Below the pieces are notes generated by a model. It had not been told where the DNA came from and did not search any database. It saw only the letters and a list, made by a program, of their open reading frames with translations. Source: Chrysomallon squamiferum (Eukaryota; Animalia; Mollusca). Taken from it: a stretch of 64,000 bases of DNA. This document shows positions 1 to 11,667 of this stretch, piece by piece; within the stretch, counting starts at the first letter, position 1, and every line of letters begins with the position of its first letter. The stretch covers positions 10,664,001 to 10,728,000 of the forward strand of contig CM022666.1 in NCBI GenBank assembly GCA_012295275.1. The letters are read 5' to 3'. A program made the translations under genes and the position numbers.

Positions 1-1117
1 AAATGCTTTAGATGGGAAATATTTTGTTTTTCAGAATTTTTCTGTATAAGATCTAAGTTTAAAAACAAATTCCATCTACATTTCAGGATTATTTTATGTA
101 ATATTTTTAATAATTTTGTATAAAGTATACATACAAACATATATACAAACATATAATGTATGCAAAATATAAATAAAAAAAGTTTAAAGTTCTTGCTGTA
201 ACTTGTAACATTTCCAATGAGTAAAAGAGGGGTGGAGAAGGGTGATGACCTCAGAGTGAAAATTATGCACAGAAATAGTTAGGCAAACACAACTAATACT
301 GGCAGACTCAAGAAAATCCTTTTAGTGAGCCTACTGCTCCAGTGTGTGTACACAGAGTAATCCTGGAAAACACAGATATCACGAGTGAAACATTCTAAAC
401 TACAAATATTACTAACAAACCAACTTGTTGAACCATTTCAAGTCACTAATAAGTATTGCTAACAAATTAACTATTAAAAATAGTGAAACTTTGCAAATCA
501 TTAATATATACATTACTAACAACATGTCATAATCATAAATTGTGGAGAAATTTGTAAAATAATGCTAACATTAGTAACACACTAGTAAATATTATATTAC
601 TAAAACTTGTGAAACATTTCAAGTAACAGTAGTAATAGAAATATTTGACTAATATTTTTACTAAAATTACAATCAATATACAAATGATAGAGAAATATTT
701 TATATAGCTAATAAAAGTATTACTAACTAGTAAAAACCATACAACGAAAAACCAGTGAAGCCTTTAAAATATGTGATAGCAGTTTTACTGACAAACTAAC
801 GTGAATAATCATAATATACTCAAAAATGTAAACAAGTATTAAGCATTTTAAAAACTGGCACTGATTTTATGCATATAATTATAATGTAATCAGAAGTGTT
901 GAAGATGTAGATGAAATAGTTTAAACAATAAATACTAACAAACTAACAAGCTGCAAAAATTCAATATGAATGAGTATACACATATATGTAGACATACAAA
1001 CATGCACACTCAAACACTCTTAATAGTGAAAAAGAAATGACTGCAAAATGTTAGTCGTGTGATAGATATTTACATAAAGAATGGATGACTGATATAATTT
1101 TAAAATATACAACTTAC

Positions 1118-4100
1118 TTCATCTGAAGACTTTTCCCAGAAAGCTTTTCTGCCAGTGTAGACATCTGAAGTTTGTCCTACATCTTTAACTGAATGTTCAT
1201 ATTCCACTTGAGATGATGAAACTGTAGCATTGTCCATACCACTGTTATCTCTCATTGAATTCTGTAGTAATGATGTTGTCATTTTCACCCTTTGAATGAC
1301 ATCATCTTTTATCTTCATATTCCTCTTCATTGCAGTACTATCTTTCTTTGCAACAACAGTTTGCTTCTTTGATGTGATACAATCTTTCTTTGATGTGACA
1401 GTATCCTTCTTGGTACTGACAATATCCTTCTCTGATGTAGCTGTATCGTTCTTTCTTGTGAAAGTATCCTTTATTGCATTCACAGTATCCTTGTCTTCCA
1501 CATTATTTCTTACATCTTTTACTGGTGGGTAATCAATATCTTTCACTTTTACACAAATATCCTTGTTACCTTCAGTTGTTTCCATAATGGCAATTTCCTG
1601 GTAAGATCCAATGTTATCATCTTGAGAACTGTTCTGACTTAAATCGTCACTGTTTTCTGAATCTCCAATAAAGAAAGTGACAGTCTGACCCAGGCTGGCA
1701 GTTTCAGCACCAGAACACCAGCTGTCACAGTTGCTTTCACTACAAGTCACATTTTCCCTGACTTCCACAAGTGGAACCACCATGGAATCCAACCCTGGCT
1801 TCTCGCCGTCTTGTAAACTTATTGCACGCTCTTCAGTGACCTCGTTTTGCTTGACCTGATTAAAACATTCCTCACTGCTGCCTTCAATTACTGAAATAAC
1901 TTCTGTAAGACGTTCTTGGCGGTTTCGCATGACATCAGCTGTTACCATGTTGTTGTTATCGTTGTGTACAAAATGTGAAACTTGAACCAGCTCATCGGAC
2001 AGCGAGTTCTCCAGTTTAGTTTTATCCATGTTGGTAAGTTTGGTGCCAACAGAGACGTTGTTTTTAACCTCGGAAAACTGTTTAACTGTTTCTTTCTCAA
2101 GCACGTCATGGTTCCGGTTTTCATTTTCACTGTCATAACGAGTATGTAAAACATCCACAATATCGTCTTGTACGTTGACGACGTTAACGCTGACACTGCT
2201 GTCGAGGCTGTCATCTGCTTTATTAATATTACATTCTTCTTTGGTTTCGATATTTTCGTCTTTATTGTACACCTCTTTATCAACGTTTTCAGCCTGTGTA
2301 CTTGGAACAGTAATGACATCATCTTCGATGACAATGTCGTCTGCACTACTCTCTTCGTGTATAACCAGCTCTGAATGCGCCCATGCACTGTCGCAACTGC
2401 TCACACTTCCCGTAGATTTTTTGTCGCCTTTACTTTGCGTATTGTCAATTACATCATCAACCGTTTTCAGAGAAATCGTAAACATTTCATAACTTTCCCG
2501 TGTTTTATTGTTGGAACTGGGGTCATTCGGTTCATGAAACTGGTTTTGGTTTGAAACAATTTCAGTTTCCAGGGAAACGACATCATGAGGATCCAAATGT
2601 GTTTTATCACATGTGATCACCTTTCCGTCGTTTTCATTACAGTAAATTATATTTTTATTTTCATTATTTAAATTATCTGCAGCTTCTTCAAAAGTATTGC
2701 TAATGGTTTTCTCCTCTAGATTTTCTGAGATTTCGTTTGCTAATTCAATATTTAAACGATCTGAAACTTCATAATTTTTACTTTTAGCCATTATCTCATC
2801 ATTTTCTGAGATTTTATTAGCCGATTGCAAAATACATATTTCTTTCTGGCTCTCTCTTCCAGGCATCTCATCTTCATCTGTATTATTCGATGTAAAATCC
2901 GTCACGAAACACTGCTCAATGGTTTCAAACAACTCAACGTAAACAGTAGGTTCGCGCGGGATACCATTGTCCACTTCTCTTTGTTCGTTCAGTTCGGCCT
3001 GGTCACCTTTACTGTGGTGTCTTTCTTCATTATCACATGTGGTCATTATTAGGTTATTTGACTTCAGGTCAGTTTCCGGCTTATTTTCATCGTTCACTTC
3101 CATATCGCGTTCTTTTTCTCCCACATTTTTAAAACTTTCTTCTTTGCGAGTTTCATTCTCGCCGAAAAATATTTTCTTCCAGATTCCGTCTTCGTATTTC
3201 CACTGATAGCGACGTCGCTGCTGAGTAGGCGAACTAACGTCGGCGACATTCTCCGTTACGCTGAGTTTTCTCGTCAGGTTTGTTTTGATTTCTGCGATTC
3301 GCTTGTTGTCAACATGTTTTTCGTTTTCTCTGGTTTGTTCACTTCGCTGGCTCAGCTTTACCACTTTCTCACGATAATCTTCCACCGCTTCCTTGATGTT
3401 TACCAAACCAGCAACTTTATTTTTAATTTCTTCTTTTTTCACTTCATCCGTCTTCCCAAGTAATTTCTGCTTTACCGTCTGCCAACGAAACAGCGAGCTT
3501 GTCCCCTGTGATCGTTTCAGTCCAGGCTTTGACACTGTCTGAATGGGGTCGGTCACTGGGGGCGGTTTCTCACATCGAGGTGACACACTGGGGTCGTGAA
3601 CGGCTGACGGGCAGGAGTCTGTTCCAGGCGCTGTTTGTTTTGTTAAGACTTCCAAACGGCGGGAAAACTCGTCAACACTGAGGTCTGCTTGAGAAACAGA
3701 GGTCCTTTCTTCGTTACTGTTACTGCCTTTCTCTTTAAGGCTTTCAGTCTTTTCCGCATTGCTAATTCGGTGCGTTAATGAGCTTTGATCATCAAGGAAA
3801 ACGTTCTCTTTAAAGTTTTTCTCAGATTCATTTAGTATCAATGTTACTGAGGTTTTGTCCGTGTTTTCATCAACCGAATTATGATTGCCGCCCAGAAAAT
3901 ATTCATTGTTTTGACTATCACACAAAACGTGAAGTGTCACAACTTCGGCAGTTTCTGAGCCATTTTCTTTACTGTTTAAACTTACTCTTGTGACATTTTC
4001 ACAGTTACCATTCACTTGCTCAGATCCATCAATCGCTAATCCAGAAATAACAGTTTCAGGTTTATTTATATTTTGTTCGTTGTTTAAACTTTCATCACGT

Positions 4101-5779
4101 ACTCTGACAACGTTTTCATCTTTGGCTATCACCTCTTCAGTGCTTACCGTTTTACAACTATCCAATTCACTGTCGACTTGTGCAGTTTTGTCATTTTCCA
4201 CTTTAATGTCGACATTTTCCAGCTCTTTGTTAACAGTTTTTGATTCAAAACTTTCAGTTAAATTTGCTACCGTTTGTACATTAACATCGCCACTTTCAGT
4301 ACAGACACTGTCACTTTCATTAGAGGCAGTTAAAAAGTTACTGTTGACAATAGACCGATCTTCACTGCCGTCATTATCAAACTGAACAGTAACCGGCTTA
4401 CAAATGACACTTTCCTGTTCACTATTAACATATTGATTGTCGACGGTTTCGTGTTCACTGTTGACAATTTGACTTTCTCTGTCTGCATTATCTGTTAAAT
4501 AATGTGGGTGTGGTTGGTTCAATTTAACAGTATCCTCAACGATTTTATCACTATTTTCTGAAAGTTTCAATTCTTTATTAACTTCAAACAATCTTTTATT
4601 GATAGTTCCTTCTCTGGTTTCTTTGTGAACACTAGAGGATTGTGGGATACATTTTGACTGCATTCGGGCCTCGAACGATTTACGTACCGAAGGATCTTTC
4701 AAAAATTCTGATTTGTGTACTGGTCTAAAACTATGTATTCGTTCTTTAGTTATCACTTCCTTCGTAACCGTTCCCTTAGTTACGGTAGCTTTTGTAATTT
4801 CAGTTTCTTTCTTTGACTCGAATTTTGAAAGAGAATATCTAATTTTTCGAGCCTGCTGAAATTTCTTGTTGGGTTTTGGTGCAACTGAGGGAATAGTTTT
4901 TGTCTGTTCAGTGGGTGGGCGTGGTTTCTCCACTGTAATGGTTATGATTTCCTCATAATTATCCCCAACACTGTGCCCCACTGCAGACTCTGACTCAACA
5001 GTGGTATCCGTTTCTCTCTCTGACAGTTGTGTTCGTGGAAATATAATAATAGTATTTTCACTAACTGTAGACGGTTCTCTGCAAGTTTTGTCAGATTTTG
5101 TTTCTGGGATGTCGACATTTTTAATTGAATCGCTTGACGAAATGTTAAAATATTCAGTTACAACTTTTACACTTTCATCTTTCGAGTATGTCGTGATTTT
5201 TGTTTCTGTTCTATACGGTATTTCCTCATACTGCACAGTATTGTTTACAGACTGTTGTGCGTTACCGCATACTATCTGTTGAACGTTCCTGCATACCGTG
5301 TGATGTACATTACTGCATACCGTATGCTGAACTTTGCCGGATATCGTTTGTTGTACATTACCTAATGCAATGGATGAGCGTTCACTGTTGATCAGTGGTA
5401 TATCATTGAAAATGAGTTTTGTTTCTCTTTCACTGTCCGGAATTTCAAGAGCAATTACATCACTGTGTTTGTCAACAAACGAAAATTCAGTGTTACTTTT
5501 CAAGACCCTCGTTGCTTGGTTTCCATTATCACCACTGTTGCAGATGTTTTCATTTTCGCTAATTAGCTCTTGCGGAACATCCTTGGCTAGTAATTGGTGT
5601 GGAACACTGTTAATGAATGAATGAAACTTACCGCCCCCTCTATCCAACACAGGTATTTCCTGCTGCCCCTCATTTAGCATGTAGCTGGTCGCTGTTTTTT
5701 CTTCTGGCCCGTCGCATTTAGCTGCATCCATGTTCCACGGTTTTCCATCACTTGTTCCGTCTGTTTCATTTAACTTCAC
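1118..5779 (-). CDS. 3' half of the same giant exon (~1555 aa, acidic Glu/Asp/Ser/Asn-rich); gene continues beyond the left edge
   Basis: This frame is open from 5899 to 1100. A consensus donor GAA|GTAAGT (intron starts 1117, phase 0) lies 5 codons before the ORF-track stop, so the exon ends at 1118. It is the -1 frame relative to the upstream ORF. Confidence 0.8.
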
Positions 5780-5787
5780 TTTTAAAT

Positions 5788-8700
5788 TTAAAACTTTTTG
5801 TAATCCGATCTCGTAACACTTTCCCCGTCTTCTTGTTGTTCTTCGCTTTTGTCTGGCTGTTGTATGGGTTTCGTTTCTCTCATCATTTTTGCCAGCGAGT
5901 CACTTTGAAAACTTTGAAAACTTCTAGTTTCCAGGCCTGAGTACTGCTGCTGGTGCTGGCCACAGCGTGACGATGTATCAGTGTATCTCGGTATCTGAAA
6001 GCCAGCTGGCTTCTGAAAACCTTGTATGGCCGGACCTTCATATATATGAGGCGTTTTATTTATTGAGGAGCTATCATTTTTATCAAAACATTCTGCTGTA
6101 TTATCGCGCTCGCTGGGCACGTTTAGCAGGGAAGCGATCTGCGGGTTTTTCTGCGAACTGGGTGAAGCCATCTTAAACTCACTGGTGGAATATTTTCGTG
6201 TATCGTTTATGTCTGAATACAGTGATAATGTTCTGATTGCTTTATCTTCAGCACCCAATAACTGTCTTTTAGACTCAGCGGCGACCAGGCAACTATCTCC
6301 AGTCGAGTCTGAATGCTCGCTTTTTAAACGTGTTGAATCTGAAATATAATCGTTCTGAGAGAGAGAATTGCATGTTAAGATGACGCACCTTTCATCTGTT
6401 ACCACCCCTTCTCTTATTTCACTGTTCTCCTCCTGACAAATATCACTTGCATTTTGATTTATTTGTTTTGAAACAGCAAATTCCGAGGCGCTGCTTTTTA
6501 ACATCGAGGTAGTAACAATGGCTGTAACATTACTAGTAATAGACATTACATTACACACTTTGTTATTATCGGTAACATCATCTGTAACTGAAATTGCATT
6601 ATGATTAACATTTTTGCCTGTAACAACAGTAACACTATCGGTAACATCGGAAAGATAGTCTGTATCAGATGTTAATTTATTTGCAACATTGTCTGTAAAT
6701 GGTTTTTCAATATCAATATTATTGTCTCTACTGATTCCTGCTTTATCATCCTCCTGAAATTGGGTGTATGATTTTTTATTTGATTTCAGATTAACTTCAT
6801 CGTTTTTATTATCTTTGACCTTTACTACAGGCATTTTACTGAATTTCTTTGTAACTTTTTTCGAGTCACGAGATATATTTTGTTCTTGCATAAATCCTGG
6901 TTTTTGAAGTCTGGACGACTTCAGTATTTTTGTTCCAATTGCCTCGTGTGATTTTACATTAGAAACTGTCTGACCAGCCGAATTTTCCAGTTCAGTTTCT
7001 TTTTCGGTTTCATTTTTTATAACAATATGCTCTGACGCATTTTCAGCTGTTTTCACAACTGTAAACTTTGAGCCGTTATCTGATGTTTTTACCAATCTTG
7101 GCTTTGAATTATTATTTTCTGTTTTTACCAGTTTTGTCTTAGATGCAGATTTTTCTGTTTTAACCCATCTTGTTTTAGGTTTTGTATTTTCACTTTTTGA
7201 AATTTTTGGTTTAGATCCAGTATTTTCCGTCTTTACCAGTTGTGATTTTGACGCATTATTTTCAGTTTTTGAAAGTCTGGATTTAGATCTATTCTTTTCT
7301 GAACTTGTGTTAGAAATTGTCTTTGAAACTTTTTTTATTTGTTTATCATTAACTGATTTGGGTTCCATTTTACATGAAATGTTTATACTGTCTTCTTCTC
7401 GCATGGCAACAGTTGTAGAAACAGCTTCAGTATAACTCTGATCATTCATCTTAAATTCATCTTTTTTGTTAGTCGTTTTGTTATCAGTTTTTACTTCAGT
7501 CATGTCGCTAGTCGATTTACACTTTTCACCACTGCCTTCTACGACTTCATTTAATTTCACCGAATCACTTGGAGCTTTGCTGTCGTCAGAAATTTCGTTT
7601 TTTATAATCGACTCTTTATCTGACTTAGATTCGCAACTCTCGCTGTCAGACAGATGCTTTTCTGTGTTACTTACTTTACCAGAAACTTCTTGTTTATGCT
7701 TCCTGGGGATGGTGTCAATGTTGTGATGTTCATCTTTACGTTTCTGGTTAATATTTTCTTTACAATATTTTCCCTTCAGTGCCGGTTTCACAAAACGAGA
7801 CTTTTCCATTTTTGAATCAGTCATCACACAGGTCTGACTATCTCCTGGTTTTGTTTTTTCATTCACATCTACCCCAGCCCTCACAGTCAGATTAACAGTA
7901 GCTGTTTGTCTCTGCCATTTTAATGGTTTCGATTTATTTATTGCAGCTATCTCAGTTCTTGTTGTTGATTCGGAACCTTTACTCGATAATTTGGACAAAC
8001 AAGATTTTTTGTTCCATTTTTGGGCTGGCCTGTCTCTAAAGCTGGAAGCAGAAGAAGAACAGCTTTTGATACTGTCTCTGTCCGACGTGGAACAAACTGA
8101 GGACCGTGGTGAGTCGGACAGACTTTTATTATCTCCTGGTGTGCTTGTTCTGCTCAGAGGCAAAGTCTGTTTTGTCAGTCTTTTACGTACAGGAGATTTT
8201 TGTAATGGCAGGTTGTTGGTTGCAGTTTTATTTTTAGTGACAGACACACACTTTTTCTGTAAACCGGCATTTTGTAAATCAGTATCAGTAGAGTGTAAAT
8301 CAGTATGTTGTACAGACCTGTTGGGTTTACTTTGTTCTTTACGTTGTTCTTGTTTGTTCTTCATATGACTGGAGCATTCTGCAGTTTGTCGTGCTTGTGT
8401 GCTCGTTGCATTTTCACTCTCTGTACAGTTGATTTTAATTTCTTTTCTCTTAGATATGGACTCATTCCTGGGTATTCTTGTCTTCAGTTTGTTTGTAGCT
8501 GAAGAAACTGACCCACTGCATTCAGTCGACGTTGAAGTGTCAGAACTCTTCCTTTCACTTGAAGTTATTCCTGATCTAGAAACACGCGCAACTGTCTTTG
8601 TTTTCATCTCAGCAAATGTACGAGACATTGAAGGTGATTCACGTTTTTGTTTTCTTTCTAACAGTGGTGAAATATTAGTAGAAATGTCAGTTTCTGAAAT

Positions 8701-11667
8701 GTTGGACGAAACACATTTAGTTTTCCTCGTAGGTAATGGAGATACTGTTTTCTTGTTGCTATGGCGTCCAGTGTGCGGACTTGTTGGTGACGTAACACTA
8801 CGTTTTCTCAATGCAAGTGGTGATGTCACTCGCGGATCGAAAATTTCTGTTGGTGAAGTCTGCATATACACATCGTCTCTGTATTTCTTTGCCATCTCTG
8901 GACTGTTTCTGATACTCGATGATATCGTAGGTCTTTGCAGACGAGACTGTATTTCCTCCAGTCTGCGTCCCAGGGGTGGTGACATTGTCAGGCTTTTTGA
9001 CGAGTCGGGAGAAGATAACTCATTATTACTTTCAGTCTTCTTCGTAGTGATCCCTTTTTTCATTTTTTGTTTGTTTTTCCCGATATTTTCTGTTTTACAG
9101 ATCTGTGACTTATATTCTAAACTGCTGGCAGATGCTGTGGAATGACCGTGGGAATGTCGATCTTCATGACATAATGATACGGATGGATCAGTATTTATAT
9201 GCGGGTGATCGGAATTTTCATTCAGGTGGTCAGGGTTTCGATGATGTATATTGTCAGTGGTATGTGGTAGCTGGTCCGGAAACACATCACAGATCATGGA
9301 AATGTAGTTTTTATCACACACTTCTGTACGACTTATTATACTGACTTTTCCAACCTTATTCTCACCTTTAACGTTCTTGTTTTGATAACCTGCATTTAAC
9401 TCACCTGCACCGGTTCTCTGTGATGTATTTTCTTGAGCATCTTTGTTGAGCTCTAAGCTGTTTTCGCCGACTGATAACATCGACAAAACGCTACGTGTAT
9501 CGAGAGCAGAACTTGTCGTCTCAAATGACTCGCTATCACTAAATATACACTCGCTTCCATGTTTCGTATTCACTTTCACATTCTGTCTATTTTTGTTACC
9601 TGCTGCTTTCCTTGAATTCGCATCACCTGTTTTGTTGCCCGGGTAACCAGGGGAAGAAACACCCGATTCCACAGATTCCCTCATAACGTATTTCACCGAT
9701 TTTTTACCATTACTATATCTTCCTTCACACTGATTACCCTCGCGACTGTTTCCCCACAAATCTCCTTCGACACACATTTCCTCTCTCCATGAGATATCAT
9801 TTTTATTGAATGAATCGCCAGAGTCGTTAAGCCGGATGCATTTATGACTGGTATTTGTGTACCCTCTCTTTGTGAAGAGGTCGCTTGAGTTATCACTCGC
9901 TTTATCAACAACCACTCTTACCCGAGTGCCGATAACAGAAACACAATCGTTACAAAAGTCAGCTGTATTCGTTTGTTGTATTTGCCTGTCTGTTTCTATC
10001 CCGTCTACTAAAGAATAATTATATTTCCTGTACTCACCAGAGGAGGTTTCTTCTCTGTTGTCAACAGTACAGCTATGCAGCTGACTACTAGTCAGCACTT
10101 CACCGAACTCGTTTAACAAGCTAGTGCCACATTCCACTAGTCCACCGACTGTTTTTACCATTTCAGTTTTAGCACATTTAACATTTTTCTTTTTTTCTAC
10201 GTCAAAACGGATATTTTTATTAATTGAAACATCACGCGCCGTATCATCTCTTGAATGAATGTGCCGTAACGTGTCGTCTGCTATATGATGCTGCAAACTG
10301 TGACTCTCGGACAACTGAACTTTGCCAGATACGCGCGAACTCTCCTTTCGTCCGCCGCAGTCTCCAGGTAGAACGAACTGAGAGTGAAAGTTCTGTGTGT
10401 TCCATAACTCAGGTATGCCGATAGGCCCATCGCAGCTAAACTTATTACCTTCGCCATCTCGAGTTTCACCTCGCGCTTCACAGTGCTGCATGTTTTTGTC
10501 GCCACTTAGCGTCGAATTATTGCTTGATAAGTTGTTGAGGTTAATGGTCCGTTGTAACATCTGGTCATTTTCTTCTTTAGCAGATGAGCTTAATCTTTTA
10601 CCCCCTCCAGTAGGTTTATTCAGGACCGGCCCTTTTATATCGCAGCTATCTGATCGAATAGGCAACTTGCTCCCCTTGTCTTTTCGTACACGACTGTTCC
10701 TTTCAGGAACGCTGCACCTATTCTTAGTCGACAGTGGCATGTTCTTTTTATCCGTACGTTTATCCATCTTTCGTGAATCCTCCTTGCGAAATGTTAATTC
10801 AGTTTTGTATTTATTATTTTCAACCGTATTTCTGTTTGTCCCTTCATTTTTTTTAACAATATATTTGAACTTTTTATCACAGTTATCTGTAACATCTGTT
10901 TCTTTACAAACAGTCGCACACTCCAACTTACTTACATGTCCATCCGTTCTTTTAAATTTATTCCTACGTAAATAATTGTCTGTATGAGAGCCAGCGCATT
11001 TCCAACCCTCAACGCGCTTTCTCCCACCATCTCCGCCTGATAAACATTTAGGGCTCCGTCCCTCTGTCTGTACGTTGGATTGCTGGCTGATGTTACGTAA
11101 CGCCGTGCTTCCATTGTTCAGGGCTGACCGAAATGGACGTCTGGTTTTGGTGTGTTCATAATCATAATGATAGAATCGGTGTTTATGCGAGGGCGCAGTG
11201 TTCCCGATGCTGTCTGGCTCGCCTGATACATCTCCAACTTTCTTCGATCGATCTCTCTTTGTGTTCAGAAAAACTTGGCAAAGTGTCGAATTCTCGTCGT
11301 AAACGTCGTGCGGTGTGGAGAACGACGACTTTCTCTTAGATGCCAGTTTACAGTTTCGAGAAGTAGGGCTCGTCCAGTATTCGGGGTACTTTGCCGTCCA
11401 GTGTTTCACACATCTTTCACAACCAATTGTTAGATTTTGTTTGTCGATTTTTCGTGCTGTGAGCGAGCTCCGCTTGGCACTTTTTATTTTTTCTTTCTCT
11501 GTTTTGCTTGTGTTTGTCCGCTGTTTGTTGATTCTCTCTATTCGACATATCGTTGTGGAGGTTTTGCTGTTTGAAGTTCGCCTTTGGAGCCCTGAATCCC
11601 CCATTGGGGAAGGGATCTCATTTAATCCGAGATAACAGGAGGCGAAGATGGTTTCCAGGCAACACAT
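5788..11667 (-). CDS. 5' half of a giant exon of an unidentified gene; 1959-aa low-complexity Ser/Lys/Thr-rich, probably disordered region
   Basis: 5880-nt stop-free frame in AT-rich DNA. Splice acceptor (ttctgtttaatttcag) puts the exon start at 11688, and an in-frame TGA lies between it and ATG 11667, so MCCLETIF is the likely start. No globular domain recognised. Confidence 0.8.
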   Translation of the reverse strand: MCCLETIFASCYLGLNEIPSPMGDSGLQRRTSNSKTSTTICRIERINKQRTNTSKTEKEKIKSAKRSSLTARKIDKQNLTIGCERCVKHWTAKYPEYWTSPTSRNCKLASKRKSSFSTPHDVYDENSTLCQVFLNTKRDRSKKVGDVSGEPDSIGNTAPSHKHRFYHYDYEHTKTRRPFRSALNNGSTALRNISQQSNVQTEGRSPKCLSGGDGGRKRVEGWKCAGSHTDNYLRRNKFKRTDGHVSKLECATVCKETDVTDNCDKKFKYIVKKNEGTNRNTVENNKYKTELTFRKEDSRKMDKRTDKKNMPLSTKNRCSVPERNSRVRKDKGSKLPIRSDSCDIKGPVLNKPTGGGKRLSSSAKEENDQMLQRTINLNNLSSNNSTLSGDKNMQHCEARGETRDGEGNKFSCDGPIGIPELWNTQNFHSQFVLPGDCGGRKESSRVSGKVQLSESHSLQHHIADDTLRHIHSRDDTARDVSINKNIRFDVEKKKNVKCAKTEMVKTVGGLVECGTSLLNEFGEVLTSSQLHSCTVDNREETSSGEYRKYNYSLVDGIETDRQIQQTNTADFCNDCVSVIGTRVRVVVDKASDNSSDLFTKRGYTNTSHKCIRLNDSGDSFNKNDISWREEMCVEGDLWGNSREGNQCEGRYSNGKKSVKYVMRESVESGVSSPGYPGNKTGDANSRKAAGNKNRQNVKVNTKHGSECIFSDSESFETTSSALDTRSVLSMLSVGENSLELNKDAQENTSQRTGAGELNAGYQNKNVKGENKVGKVSIISRTEVCDKNYISMICDVFPDQLPHTTDNIHHRNPDHLNENSDHPHINTDPSVSLCHEDRHSHGHSTASASSLEYKSQICKTENIGKNKQKMKKGITTKKTESNNELSSPDSSKSLTMSPPLGRRLEEIQSRLQRPTISSSIRNSPEMAKKYRDDVYMQTSPTEIFDPRVTSPLALRKRSVTSPTSPHTGRHSNKKTVSPLPTRKTKCVSSNISETDISTNISPLLERKQKRESPSMSRTFAEMKTKTVARVSRSGITSSERKSSDTSTSTECSGSVSSATNKLKTRIPRNESISKRKEIKINCTESENATSTQARQTAECSSHMKNKQEQRKEQSKPNRSVQHTDLHSTDTDLQNAGLQKKCVSVTKNKTATNNLPLQKSPVRKRLTKQTLPLSRTSTPGDNKSLSDSPRSSVCSTSDRDSIKSCSSSASSFRDRPAQKWNKKSCLSKLSSKGSESTTRTEIAAINKSKPLKWQRQTATVNLTVRAGVDVNEKTKPGDSQTCVMTDSKMEKSRFVKPALKGKYCKENINQKRKDEHHNIDTIPRKHKQEVSGKVSNTEKHLSDSESCESKSDKESIIKNEISDDSKAPSDSVKLNEVVEGSGEKCKSTSDMTEVKTDNKTTNKKDEFKMNDQSYTEAVSTTVAMREEDSINISCKMEPKSVNDKQIKKVSKTISNTSSEKNRSKSRLSKTENNASKSQLVKTENTGSKPKISKSENTKPKTRWVKTEKSASKTKLVKTENNNSKPRLVKTSDNGSKFTVVKTAENASEHIVIKNETEKETELENSAGQTVSNVKSHEAIGTKILKSSRLQKPGFMQEQNISRDSKKVTKKFSKMPVVKVKDNKNDEVNLKSNKKSYTQFQEDDKAGISRDNNIDIEKPFTDNVANKLTSDTDYLSDVTDSVTVVTGKNVNHNAISVTDDVTDNNKVCNVMSITSNVTAIVTTSMLKSSASEFAVSKQINQNASDICQEENSEIREGVVTDERCVILTCNSLSQNDYISDSTRLKSEHSDSTGDSCLVAAESKRQLLGAEDKAIRTLSLYSDINDTRKYSTSEFKMASPSSQKNPQIASLLNVPSERDNTAECFDKNDSSSINKTPHIYEGPAIQGFQKPAGFQIPRYTDTSSRCGQHQQQYSGLETRSFQSFQSDSLAKMMRETKPIQQPDKSEEQQEDGESVTRSDYKKF

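Noticed and set aside
5780-5825. Canonical slippery heptamers G GGA AAG, T TTA AAT and T TTA AAA near the ORF junction; Euplotes-type +1 shift at TTT TAA; stop readthrough
   Set aside because: The heptamers are phased in the downstream frame, so they cannot move ribosomes from ORF1 into ORF2. The +1 frame stops after 7 codons, and frame 0 has four successive stops.
1296-11635. Many plus-strand ORFs (e.g. 8399-9145, 10397-10975) opposite the giant ORFs
   Set aside because: Antisense shadows of a long coding region, with Leu/Ser/Phe-rich composition and no recognisable motifs.
1118-11667. Retroelement gag-pol or viral polyprotein explanation for the two-ORF layout
   Set aside because: No protease, RT, integrase, CCHC knuckle or LTRs seen; the region is bounded by canonical splice sites.
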